Source: Nitrospirota bacterium
GTDB lineage: Bacteria; Nitrospirota; UBA9217
Direction: 5' to 3'
Assembly: GCA_963751455.1 (NCBI GenBank)
Contig: CAVVUN010000012.1
Location: 608,001 to 672,000, forward strand
Length of the DNA: 64,000 bases
The notes beneath the pieces were generated by a model. It saw nothing but the letters and a program-made list of their open reading frames with translations, ran no database searches and was not told the origin of the DNA. Below, in pieces: positions 1-8,302 of the stretch (positions within the stretch are counted from its first letter, which is position 1; each line of letters begins with the position of its first letter). A program made the position numbers and the translations under genes.

Positions 1-315
1 TCTGCCTTTCCACCACGTCTTGTTACCCGGGGTGGTAGTTCCGTCATCATATGCTGCACAATCGACTGTCGAGGTGACGGAGCTGATGATTGCACGGCAG
101 GCGGTTCTACCCGTTGCCGATGAATCAGTATGGCCGGTTATTGCAGAATCCTTTACATAACACTGGCCCGGGTCGGCAATTTCCCATGCGCCGCTCGTAG
201 CGTTCTGGGCAGCGCCGTCTGAGCGGTATTCTGCACTGGCTGTTCCGACGAGAAGCAGCGGAATCGCCAGGGCAAATATGGCTGCCCATAAAATTAGTTT
301 CTTTTTAACATACAT
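1..315 (-). CDS. Secreted protein, 5' part only (runs off the window edge); N-terminal paralogue of the 13965 giant cytochrome
   Basis: Not in the ORF track. Reverse complement reads MYVKKKLILWAAIFALAIPLLLVGTASAEYRSDGAAQNATSGAW..., open to position 1, with RBS AAGGAG. Signal peptide and start resemble MNVRKNLIFWAALFFTAIPL...FNRDGAV at 13965. Confidence 0.8.
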   Translation of the reverse strand, partial: MYVKKKLILWAAIFALAIPLLLVGTASAEYRSDGAAQNATSGAWEIADPGQCYVKDSAITGHTDSSATGRTACRAIISSVTSTVDCAAYDDGTTTPGNKTWWKGR

Positions 316-535
316 GTTGCATCTCCTTTGATTGTTAGGATTTTCAATGTACCAGGCCTGATGCATTCGGCCTGATAACTGTGCTGCAAGCTACGTAACT
401 GCTTAATCTATCAGCGGGTTCGTAAAGAGACTTCCTCCTTTGAATCTCGCAATCTAGCCTGCCATACAGTCCATCTGCTAAATCCTGGAGCCACGGTCAA
501 TCGGGGGAGTGGCACCTTTTTCCAATTATGATTAC

Positions 536-552
536 TGCATAAGAAATGCCAA
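536..552 (-). promoter_or_regulatory. Sigma-54 (-24/-12) promoter for the leftward gene
   Basis: Minus strand TTGGCATTTCTTATGCA, GG-N10-GC spacing. Confidence 0.65.
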
Positions 553-702
553 CAATAGAATAATAGTAATATTTGGGGCTAATTATGTGAATTAGTGTTC
601 ACAACATCTTGAACATTAAATACTTTATATATATTGGAATGCTGTTTTTGAACACTTTTTGTCGAGACAAAAAATGACACTAAGAAAAAAGTAAGGTGGT
701 TA

Positions 703-743
703 AGCGGCATTTGACTCAGAAACTGGTGCGTGATTTCACCCCA
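703..743. promoter_or_regulatory. Putative enhancer (bEBP binding) site pair
   Basis: AGCGGCATTTGACTCAG (703) and TGCGTGATTTCACCCCA (727); the motif recurs upstream of every sigma-54 promoter in the island. Confidence 0.5.
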
Positions 744-1004
744 ATTTGGCCCACCAATTTTGAAGGCAATTTCATCCTGCAATTCAGGCATTCGCGTCCC
801 TTTTCGATCCGACAAAGAAAAACCCATTACCGAAAATTCCACCAAAGAACACTTAAAACCTCACGGAAAAGCTTTATCGCAGCATGACTGGGAAAATCTG
901 TTGTATTATATTGTTTTTATTAATTTTATTTACAATTTAACAACTATTTTTAGAAGCTTTATAAAAATGTGCCTTCCGAAAGAGGGTTCAAGACCCCCTT
1001 TCCT

Positions 1005-1021
1005 GGCGTCATTTCACCCAT
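1005..1021. promoter_or_regulatory. Putative enhancer (bEBP binding) site
   Basis: GGCGTCATTTCACCCAT, about 80 bp upstream of the sigma-54 promoter at 1085. Confidence 0.45.
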
Positions 1022-1084
1022 AAAAACGTGACCCAGCCTGCGTATTGCTACACTTAACTGTTTGAATTATAGTCACATTTGTGA

Positions 1085-1100
1085 TGGCATCAGTATTGCT
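1085..1100 (+). promoter_or_regulatory. Sigma-54 promoter for the tetraheme cytochrome operon
   Basis: TGGCATCAGTATTGCT, close to consensus TGGCAC-N5-TTGC. Confidence 0.75.
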
Positions 1101-1273
1101 AGGTAGAAAGCAGCCTGCCATATCTTCAGGTCTATGTAGCATTCGGGGGAATGCGGCGTAGACAACGCACTAGAGGTGCGGGTAAAAAAGTAAGGAGTTG
1201 TCTTATCGGACGACCCTAACATTAACAGCCATCTTGTCTTATACAAGAGGACGAGAAAAAAGGAGATCAAGTA

Positions 1274-2110
1274 ATGAAAACGTATATGTCAGTACTTCTT
1301 GCAATCGCATTGGTGTTGTCACTCGGTACGGTTGCGATGGCAGATCTGGCGGCAGGGACCGGTATCAAGGGTACCTCCCATGACCTGAGCATGACTGGCG
1401 GCAATACCGGGGCTAATCGCTTCTCAGATGACGCAGGAGCCACCGGTAAAGACAGAATATGCATCTATTGCCATGCGCCGCACAATACCGCAAAAGAATT
1501 GGTTGATGCGTCTATGGATTTCGATTATTTACCTCTCTGGAACCATACAAACACAACGCTTGCTGGATCCTACACGTTATATTCAAACGGCTGGTACGAG
1601 CCCGGTCTTGAGGACCATCGGATCAACGCAAATGATTTTCTGGCGACAGGTCAGCCCGGCGGCGTGTCTCTCCTCTGCCTCAGCTGCCACGACGGTTCGG
1701 TCGGCGTGAACCAGTACGGCTGGTATAATAACCAGTCATCGCACAACGCTGGAGTTGCCGAGCCGATGGACGGACGCGCCTTAATCGGTTCGCTCGGCGA
1801 TCTTACCAATCATCATCCGATCGGATTCAATTACGACGACGTTGCGAACGTGGACCATGAAATCCGCTTGAGCAGCGTACTCATCCCTGCCCAGCCGACC
1901 TATGCCGGCGGTGTTAAACCGGAGGGTCCGGTGTACATTGCCGACCTTCTCTCCACGGACGGTATGTTTGAATGCGTCAGCTGCCATGATGTCCACAACA
2001 CCAAAAACGGCGGAAACAAATTCACGTGGGTCGATGACACCAACAGCAACTTCTGCTTCACCTGCCATGTAAAAGACAACTCAGATCAGACTATGGATTA
2101 CACGTATTAA
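1274..2110 (+). CDS. Secreted tetraheme c-type cytochrome, OmcE-like (candidate nanowire subunit)
   Basis: Signal peptide; four CxxCH motifs (CIYCH, CLSCH, CVSCH, CFTCH); motif order HDLS...CxxCHxPH...PLWN...CLSCHDG...NHHP...CxSCHDVH...FCxxCH as in the Geobacter OmcE family; RBS AAGGAG. Confidence 0.85.
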   Translation: MKTYMSVLLAIALVLSLGTVAMADLAAGTGIKGTSHDLSMTGGNTGANRFSDDAGATGKDRICIYCHAPHNTAKELVDASMDFDYLPLWNHTNTTLAGSYTLYSNGWYEPGLEDHRINANDFLATGQPGGVSLLCLSCHDGSVGVNQYGWYNNQSSHNAGVAEPMDGRALIGSLGDLTNHHPIGFNYDDVANVDHEIRLSSVLIPAQPTYAGGVKPEGPVYIADLLSTDGMFECVSCHDVHNTKNGGNKFTWVDDTNSNFCFTCHVKDNSDQTMDYTY

Positions 2111-2119
2111 TTGAATCGC

Positions 2120-2158
2120 AAAAAAGAAGGGGAATGCAATACTTCCCCTTCTTTTTTT
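2120..2158 (+). terminator. Rho-independent terminator (possibly bidirectional)
   Basis: AAAAAAGAAGGGGAA-loop-TTCCCCTTCTTTTTTT. Confidence 0.85.
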
Positions 2159-2274
2159 CTTTATTCTTGTAATTTCTTAGTATTAGTTTTATAATTAATC
2201 CTCGAAATATGCGCACCTCTCATGGTCCTTTTTCCTTCTGTAAACCGAATTATTCATTAAAGAGGAGCTGTTTT

Positions 2275-3468
2275 ATGAATCGAGCTTTACTAAACTTATC
2301 GGCACTTATCCTTGTCTTTCTTTCAAGCTGCGCGACTGCTCCTCCAGTCGCAAAACCATCGCCCGTCTTTTACCCTGAACCTCCTGCTCCGGCCCGGATC
2401 CAATACCTCAGGTCGTACAACAGCTCGCAGGACATGGGCGCAAAAAAATCCGCATTTGCATCCTTCGTGACCGGACAAAAAGAAATTATTCGGGTAATCG
2501 ACAAACCATACGGCATCGCCGCGTATGCCGGAAAAATATACGTCTGCGACACCAACCAGACGGTTATGGTCCTCAATCTGGAAAAAAATACGTTTGACCG
2601 TCTCGCCGGCGCTCAGGGAGTCGGAAAACTCATCCAGCCGCTCAATATCCGCATCGATAAGGAAGGCAATAAATATGTCTCCGACCCTATCCGCCGCCAG
2701 GTGGTTATGTTCGACAAAAACGATTTCTATGTAAAGGCATTCGGACCCCTGGATAACTGGAAACCCGTCGATGCAGCGCCGTTCGAAGAACTCCTCTATG
2801 TTGCAGATTCAAAGAACGCCGAAATCAAGGTTTTTGATATTCGGACCGGGGCCTTTCGGAACGCTTTTGGGAAAACCGGAGACGACGCGTCAAAGCTTGC
2901 CTTGCCCACCAACATCGCATTCGACAGCGCCGGCTACCTTTACGTATCGGATTTCGGGAGATTTCAGATCGTGAAGTTCGATCGCGACGGCCACGGCCTT
3001 GGTGTAATCGGCGCGCTCGGAACCCATCCGGGGGCTTTTGCACGGCCCCGCGGCATTGCCTTCGACCTGCAGAACAGACTTTATGCCGTTGATGCGGCGT
3101 TCAACAATATCCAGATCTTCAATACGGATGGAAGGTTGCTGCTCTTTTTCGGCAAGGGCGGAAAAAGCCCCGGTGATCTCTATCTCGCTGCCAGCGTGGC
3201 CGTGGACTACGACAATGTGAAATATTTTCAGCAGTATGCCGATCCGAATTTTCAGATCGAATATCTCCTCATCGTTACAAGCCAGTTCGGCGATAAGAAG
3301 GTGAACGTCTACGGCTTCGGGACTGAGAAAGGAAAAACATATCAGACCGACAAGGATCTTGCCGACGCTATCGAGGAAAAGAAGCAGAAGTTCAAACAGG
3401 AACAGTTTGAAAAAACAAACGCTGCAGAACAAAAGGGAACCGACGCTGCCGTGCCGGTGACAAACTGA
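2275..3468 (+). CDS. NHL-repeat (six-bladed beta-propeller) lipoprotein
   Basis: Start at MNRALL (RBS GAGGAG); lipobox LSSC; repeats such as PxGIAxD...YVxD; FARPRGIAFD. Confidence 0.85.
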   Translation: MNRALLNLSALILVFLSSCATAPPVAKPSPVFYPEPPAPARIQYLRSYNSSQDMGAKKSAFASFVTGQKEIIRVIDKPYGIAAYAGKIYVCDTNQTVMVLNLEKNTFDRLAGAQGVGKLIQPLNIRIDKEGNKYVSDPIRRQVVMFDKNDFYVKAFGPLDNWKPVDAAPFEELLYVADSKNAEIKVFDIRTGAFRNAFGKTGDDASKLALPTNIAFDSAGYLYVSDFGRFQIVKFDRDGHGLGVIGALGTHPGAFARPRGIAFDLQNRLYAVDAAFNNIQIFNTDGRLLLFFGKGGKSPGDLYLAASVAVDYDNVKYFQQYADPNFQIEYLLIVTSQFGDKKVNVYGFGTEKGKTYQTDKDLADAIEEKKQKFKQEQFEKTNAAEQKGTDAAVPVTN

Positions 3469-3478
3469 TAGGTCTTAT

Positions 3479-4012
3479 ATGTCTTATAGGTCCTACAGGA
3501 CTTATATACTGATCTGCCTTGCAGGGGCGGTTTTAGTCTGCGGGTGCCGGGCAACAACGCGGTATGAAGTGCTCAGTTTTGTTTTTGACGGCGTTCCGCA
3601 GCCTGTGAACGGATCAGACGGAACTGCAGACTCCGACAATAAGCCTTCAACGGCGAAAGTGCAGCGCCGCCACAGCAAGCACGGGCCCTATGGCGCAAAG
3701 ATGTGCAATGCCTGCCATCAAAAGGGTACGAACACGCTGCTCCTGAAAAAGGAAGAGTTGTGCTTCAAATGCCATTCATTTCAACCGGCAAAAAAACAGC
3801 ATGGTCCCCTCGCTTCGGGCGGCTGCACGGTATGCCATGATCCGCACCGTTCCTCATATGAATATCTTCTTGTGGCAGAAGACAGGGAATTTTGCACTTA
3901 TTGCCATGACCCGAATGATGTATACTCACGGGACGTTCATCAAGGCATTGACAGCGCATGCACCGTTTGCCATAATCCTCATGGATCGGACAACGATTTT
4001 TTGCTCAGATAA
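3479..4012 (+). CDS. Pentaheme c-type cytochrome lipoprotein
   Basis: Lipobox-like VCGC; five CxxCH motifs (CNACH, CFKCH, CTVCH, CTYCH, CTVCH) with CHxPH patterns. Confidence 0.85.
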   Translation: MSYRSYRTYILICLAGAVLVCGCRATTRYEVLSFVFDGVPQPVNGSDGTADSDNKPSTAKVQRRHSKHGPYGAKMCNACHQKGTNTLLLKKEELCFKCHSFQPAKKQHGPLASGGCTVCHDPHRSSYEYLLVAEDREFCTYCHDPNDVYSRDVHQGIDSACTVCHNPHGSDNDFLLR

Positions 4013-4051
4013 CGTCCTGGTCGCCTCACTGAAGCCGGTGGTAACGGGCCG

Positions 4052-6094
4052 TTGAATAACACGGAAAGGGCTATAATCGTACGCGCTGCCGCGTTCGCCT
4101 TCGTCATCATGACCGGTGTTTTCCTTTCTCCTTCTCAAGCGATCGGCGAAGAAATGGACTTCTTTCCCCGGATTTTGGACTTTGGGGGGGCGTTGGAGGT
4201 AGGGGGCTCCCTCAGAGACTACAAGCGTTCAGTGGAAGGCCATGAGTTTAATACCAAGACCGATTTAATTTACGAACGGCTGAAGCTGGGCGCCATCGGC
4301 TACGTCTATCATCCCCGCTTCATGACCTATAGTGTGAGGGGCGCCGCGACCCTGAATGAGAACAGCTTCGATACCGAAAGGGGGTCAAGGAGCAGGTCCC
4401 GCTTTGCCGACGAATACGAAATGAGCACGACATTTCTTCCCGAGCATCCCTACAATTTTCATTTATTCAGGGAACGAAAGATTGTACTGAAGCCCTTGCT
4501 GGTCGGTTCGCCCGACATAGACCGGATAACCACCCTCAAGCAGGGAGCTTCTTTTCAGTATAACGCTCAACCTGCATCTCTTCAGCTCCATGCGGTTTCC
4601 ACCTCTTATGACAATCACTTCTCATCTCAAACAAAAAGATACTCGGCAACAGGAAGCTATTTGATCGGACCGTTCAATAACTCAGCCGGGTATAGCTACA
4701 GCGTTTTGAACACCGACAGCATGCAGGGAACCTATACCACTGCTTACTTCAGCAATAGCGTTTCCGTTTCGGTATTCGGCCTTTCGAGCAGCGTCGCGGA
4801 GAATCATCAGCTCCAGGAATATTATTTGGACGGATTCAGCGAAAATGAGTCTTTTTTATGGACCGAGCGCCTTACCGCGGAACTTCCCCTGAATTTGTCG
4901 GTCGGTATTTTCCATGACATACGACAGGATTCAGTGACGAGCGAGTCGACCGTTTCCGGAGTTCCGGAAATGGACGCTGATACCAGGACCGCTTCTGACG
5001 GCATCAGGGTTGACCATCAGCTCTACCGAAGCCTCAGAACTTCCTATGATCTGCAAAGGCTGTCATTGGAGTCGGACGAAGGAGATACAAAATCAATCGG
5101 CCAAACGCTTGCTGTCAATTATTCCAAGATTATCCCATCCGGGACGGTCAACGCCGGATATACAGCCCAGCATGCCACGCTTGAAAGATCGGGTGCGACC
5201 ACTATCGCAGGAGAATTTTATACAACAGCTGTCCCGGGATCCTTTACTCTGAGTAATCAGGCGGTTGACACGAATTCGATTACTGTTATGATCAAGGACC
5301 CGGTTACGCTCAACCTGGTGCTCTTGCCGGAAGGGACAAGTTACGAAGTACTTACCTTCGGCAACTCGGTCCAGATTACGATTCTGAATGTGCCTGCAGG
5401 GGTCAATCCTCCGCCCCCTCCCATCACAACATTCGATTTTTCTGTAACCTACTCGCTCGCAGTGAGCGCTTCAAGAACGCAAACATGGAGCAACGGCATA
5501 AATCTGGGGCTTATGCTCCTTGACGGACTCTTAAACCCCTACTTCAGTTATTTCACTTCCAATCAGGAAGTCGTGTCCGGGACTTTTTCGGAGGGCAATG
5601 AAACGGCAACCAGCCGGATTATCGGCTACACGGTGCAAAAGGCGCCATTCGTTCTGACGGCTGAGGAGAGCGTGGTCCGTTCGAATATCAGCCCATCACG
5701 GGCGTGGAGGACTGCTGTCGACTACCGGGAATATATATCACAGGACGTAAATGTATTCGCCCGGATCTCGTATAACGTGATAAAACGGGCGGCTTCGGGA
5801 GAGTTTCTGTCGAAGGATTATTCCGAGCAGACGACCGGCATGGATGTATCCATTCAAAAAACTTTTTCTGAAACGCATATGAATCTATTCGCGGGCGGGT
5901 CCTATGTCGATCGAAAGGTTGGGGACATCTCGATCGCGAACTACGGATTCAACACGGGACTCAGATGGCACGTCGGGAAACTTGATGTATCCGCTTCAGG
6001 AGCGCTCAGTCATTCCGCATCCGCGCGGCCGAGCGGCAGACAGACTGCTGAAGCAGTCTCTTATAGCCTCACGGTCAGCAGAAAAATATTCTGA
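4052..6094 (+). CDS. Outer-membrane beta-barrel (porin-like partner of cytochromes) with an inserted beta-rich domain
   Basis: Signal peptide; alternating hydrophobic Ser/Thr/Tyr-rich strands; C-terminal Phe (LTVSRKIF); lies between multiheme genes. Confidence 0.7.
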   Translation: MNNTERAIIVRAAAFAFVIMTGVFLSPSQAIGEEMDFFPRILDFGGALEVGGSLRDYKRSVEGHEFNTKTDLIYERLKLGAIGYVYHPRFMTYSVRGAATLNENSFDTERGSRSRSRFADEYEMSTTFLPEHPYNFHLFRERKIVLKPLLVGSPDIDRITTLKQGASFQYNAQPASLQLHAVSTSYDNHFSSQTKRYSATGSYLIGPFNNSAGYSYSVLNTDSMQGTYTTAYFSNSVSVSVFGLSSSVAENHQLQEYYLDGFSENESFLWTERLTAELPLNLSVGIFHDIRQDSVTSESTVSGVPEMDADTRTASDGIRVDHQLYRSLRTSYDLQRLSLESDEGDTKSIGQTLAVNYSKIIPSGTVNAGYTAQHATLERSGATTIAGEFYTTAVPGSFTLSNQAVDTNSITVMIKDPVTLNLVLLPEGTSYEVLTFGNSVQITILNVPAGVNPPPPPITTFDFSVTYSLAVSASRTQTWSNGINLGLMLLDGLLNPYFSYFTSNQEVVSGTFSEGNETATSRIIGYTVQKAPFVLTAEESVVRSNISPSRAWRTAVDYREYISQDVNVFARISYNVIKRAASGEFLSKDYSEQTTGMDVSIQKTFSETHMNLFAGGSYVDRKVGDISIANYGFNTGLRWHVGKLDVSASGALSHSASARPSGRQTAEAVSYSLTVSRKIF

Positions 6095-6137
6095 TGATGG
6101 ACTAAAGCTGCTGCAAAATCATTTTGAAGGGGGCATT

Positions 6138-7151
6138 ATGAAACTCGGAACACGAACCGGAACAATAGAAGCGCTCATTGCAATGCTCGCTCTGTTTACG
6201 ACCGGCCAGGCACACGCCAGCCAGCTTGCAGACACAACGACTCAATCAGGAATAAGCGAAGAGGCAAAAAATGCAGGCACTGATCGGGAGAACATGGCAG
6301 CAATAGTCAATGGCGTCCAGATAAGCGAAGGCACGGTCAACGAATTGATGAAGCGTCTTGGCACGGAAGATCAAGAGTCGAATCCGCAGCTCCGGAACGA
6401 CGTCAGAAAGAGGGCGTTGAACCAGCTGGTGCTGGAGGAACTCGCGACTCAGGAAGCAGCACGACAAAATATTAATGTAAAAAAGACGGATCTCGACAAA
6501 GCGATGAAGAGAGCCATATCGAATCTGGGCCATGAGGACGGGTATAGGGCTTTCTTGGAGGAGCAGCGCCTTACCGAGCCTGAATTCCGGGCGCAGATTG
6601 AACGATATCTTCTTCTTCAGCACTTGCTATCTAAAGAAGTGACTTCAAAAGTAGCCATAGCAGATAAAGACATACGCGCAGAATACGAGAGAATAAAAGA
6701 AGAGTTTGTGACGCCTGAAAAAATAGGTATCGTAGATGTGGTTTTTTTTCTGAACTATGATGATCCGGCATCGATAAAAAAGGTTGAGGAAACCCTGGCA
6801 AAGATTAAGGCCGACAAGGACAAGAATCCACACAATGTATCGGATCATGATGGCGAATTTGTCATTCGCGACCTGGATCCGCTTGCCAAAGAAAAAGAAC
6901 CGGTCCTTTATGAGGCAGCTCGGAAGCTCAAACAGGGCGACTTGTCGGGAGTAATAAAAACAGGCGACAGCCTCCATATTGTTCAACTGACGACCTATTC
7001 ACCCGAGCAGAAGAAGTCTTATGAAGAGGTGAAGGGGCTTGTGGGAAGCAAACTGAAAGCCGCCGCGCTCAAGAAACGTCGTATCGAGTGGGAGCAAGAA
7101 TTGAAAGAAAAGGCAAAGATTGAACTGATAAATAGCACCGATCCGAAATAA
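6138..7151 (+). CDS. SurA/PrsA-like periplasmic foldase (SurA N-domain plus degenerate parvulin)
   Basis: Likely start MKLGTR; AAIVNGVQI, ALNQLV.EEL..QEA, GDLSGVIKTGDSLHIV, ELKEKAKIE. Confidence 0.8.
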   Translation: MKLGTRTGTIEALIAMLALFTTGQAHASQLADTTTQSGISEEAKNAGTDRENMAAIVNGVQISEGTVNELMKRLGTEDQESNPQLRNDVRKRALNQLVLEELATQEAARQNINVKKTDLDKAMKRAISNLGHEDGYRAFLEEQRLTEPEFRAQIERYLLLQHLLSKEVTSKVAIADKDIRAEYERIKEEFVTPEKIGIVDVVFFLNYDDPASIKKVEETLAKIKADKDKNPHNVSDHDGEFVIRDLDPLAKEKEPVLYEAARKLKQGDLSGVIKTGDSLHIVQLTTYSPEQKKSYEEVKGLVGSKLKAAALKKRRIEWEQELKEKAKIELINSTDPK

Positions 7152-7265
7152 CTGGGTGATCTGTTTTCACTAAGGGAGTTAGTTACAAACAGCTGCCCCG
7201 GAGCTTGCTGTAATGAAAGCCCTCGAGAGAAGCAGGCGGCTTTCTCTCATGAGGGTAAAGGAACA

Positions 7266-8302
7266 ATGTACAAATATCTCGCTTTTTTTTTCCTTGGCTT
7301 GTTGGTTATAACCCCAGGCTGCGCGTCGAAATGGTCATTGGTCGTCGATTCGCCCACGGAACGGCCCGCATGGCCTGATGATTCGAATGGGCAGGTGGCG
7401 ACTTATATCGGAACCATCAGGGGTTTCAAGGAAACCGGAACGACGATATCGACGGTCTTGAGATCGTTCGCCTTTGGCAACAGAGCGGAAGACTATACCA
7501 TCGTCCGTCCCGTTTCAGCCGCGGTCGGACCTGACAACAGGCTTGCAATAGCCGACATCGGACGATCGTGCATTCATCTGTATATCCCTCTGAGCAGAAA
7601 TATATCAGGTTACGCAGAGCGGGTAAGGAGCAGCTGCGCACGCCGGTAAGCGTTGCATTCGATGACGAATCAAGATTATATGTATCCGATTCCACCAATC
7701 AGGTAATTTATGTATTCAACCGGGACGGAGCAGCTCTCGCTCCGATCAAAAAAGCCGGTGAGCATCCGCTTCTCAGACCCACGGGATTGTCCTATGCCCC
7801 CGGGAAAAAAACCCTTTACGCGGTCGACACTCTGGCCCACAGGGTATATGCATTCAGCCCGGACGGTTCCCTTCTCTTTTGGTTCGGAGGACCGGGAGAA
7901 AAGCAAGGGGAATTTAATTACCCGACCCATGCCGTGGCGGCGCCCGATGGCCGTCTGTTTGTGACGGACGCGATGAATTTCAGGATACAGGTGTTCGATT
8001 GGCAGGGGAAATTTTTAACCTCCTTCGGCCATCACGGCAACGGATCAGGCGATTTTGCGATGCCGAAAGGAATCGCAGTGGACAGAGACGGGGTCATTTA
8101 CGTTGTCGACACGCTATTCGACAATATCCAGCTATTCGACTTGAACGGAACTTTTCTTTTTACGATCGGAGGCCGGGGGCCGGGCCTCGGCGAATTCTGG
8201 CTCCCGTCCGGATTGTTTCTGGATGGCGAAGACAAACTGTATATCTGCGATACGTTCAATCAAAGAGTGCAATTATTTCAGTTGAGCGGGAAACATAGAT
8301 GA
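7266..8302 (+). pseudogene. NHL-repeat beta-propeller lipoprotein split by a 1-nt frameshift near 7586-7590
   Basis: ORF 7266-7649 (lipobox TPGC) and ORF 7568-8302 (NHL repeats FNYPTH, FAMPKGIAVD, FWLPSG) join as LYIP/SEQKYI if one base is added at atccctctgag. Confidence 0.75.

Noticed and set aside
579-1270. Several short ORFs in the divergent intergenic region
   Set aside because: AT-rich promoter and enhancer DNA; no RBS or protein motifs.
5904-6137. N-terminal extension of the SurA-like ORF
   Set aside because: It overlaps the barrel gene; the RBS and signal peptide fit ATG 6138.
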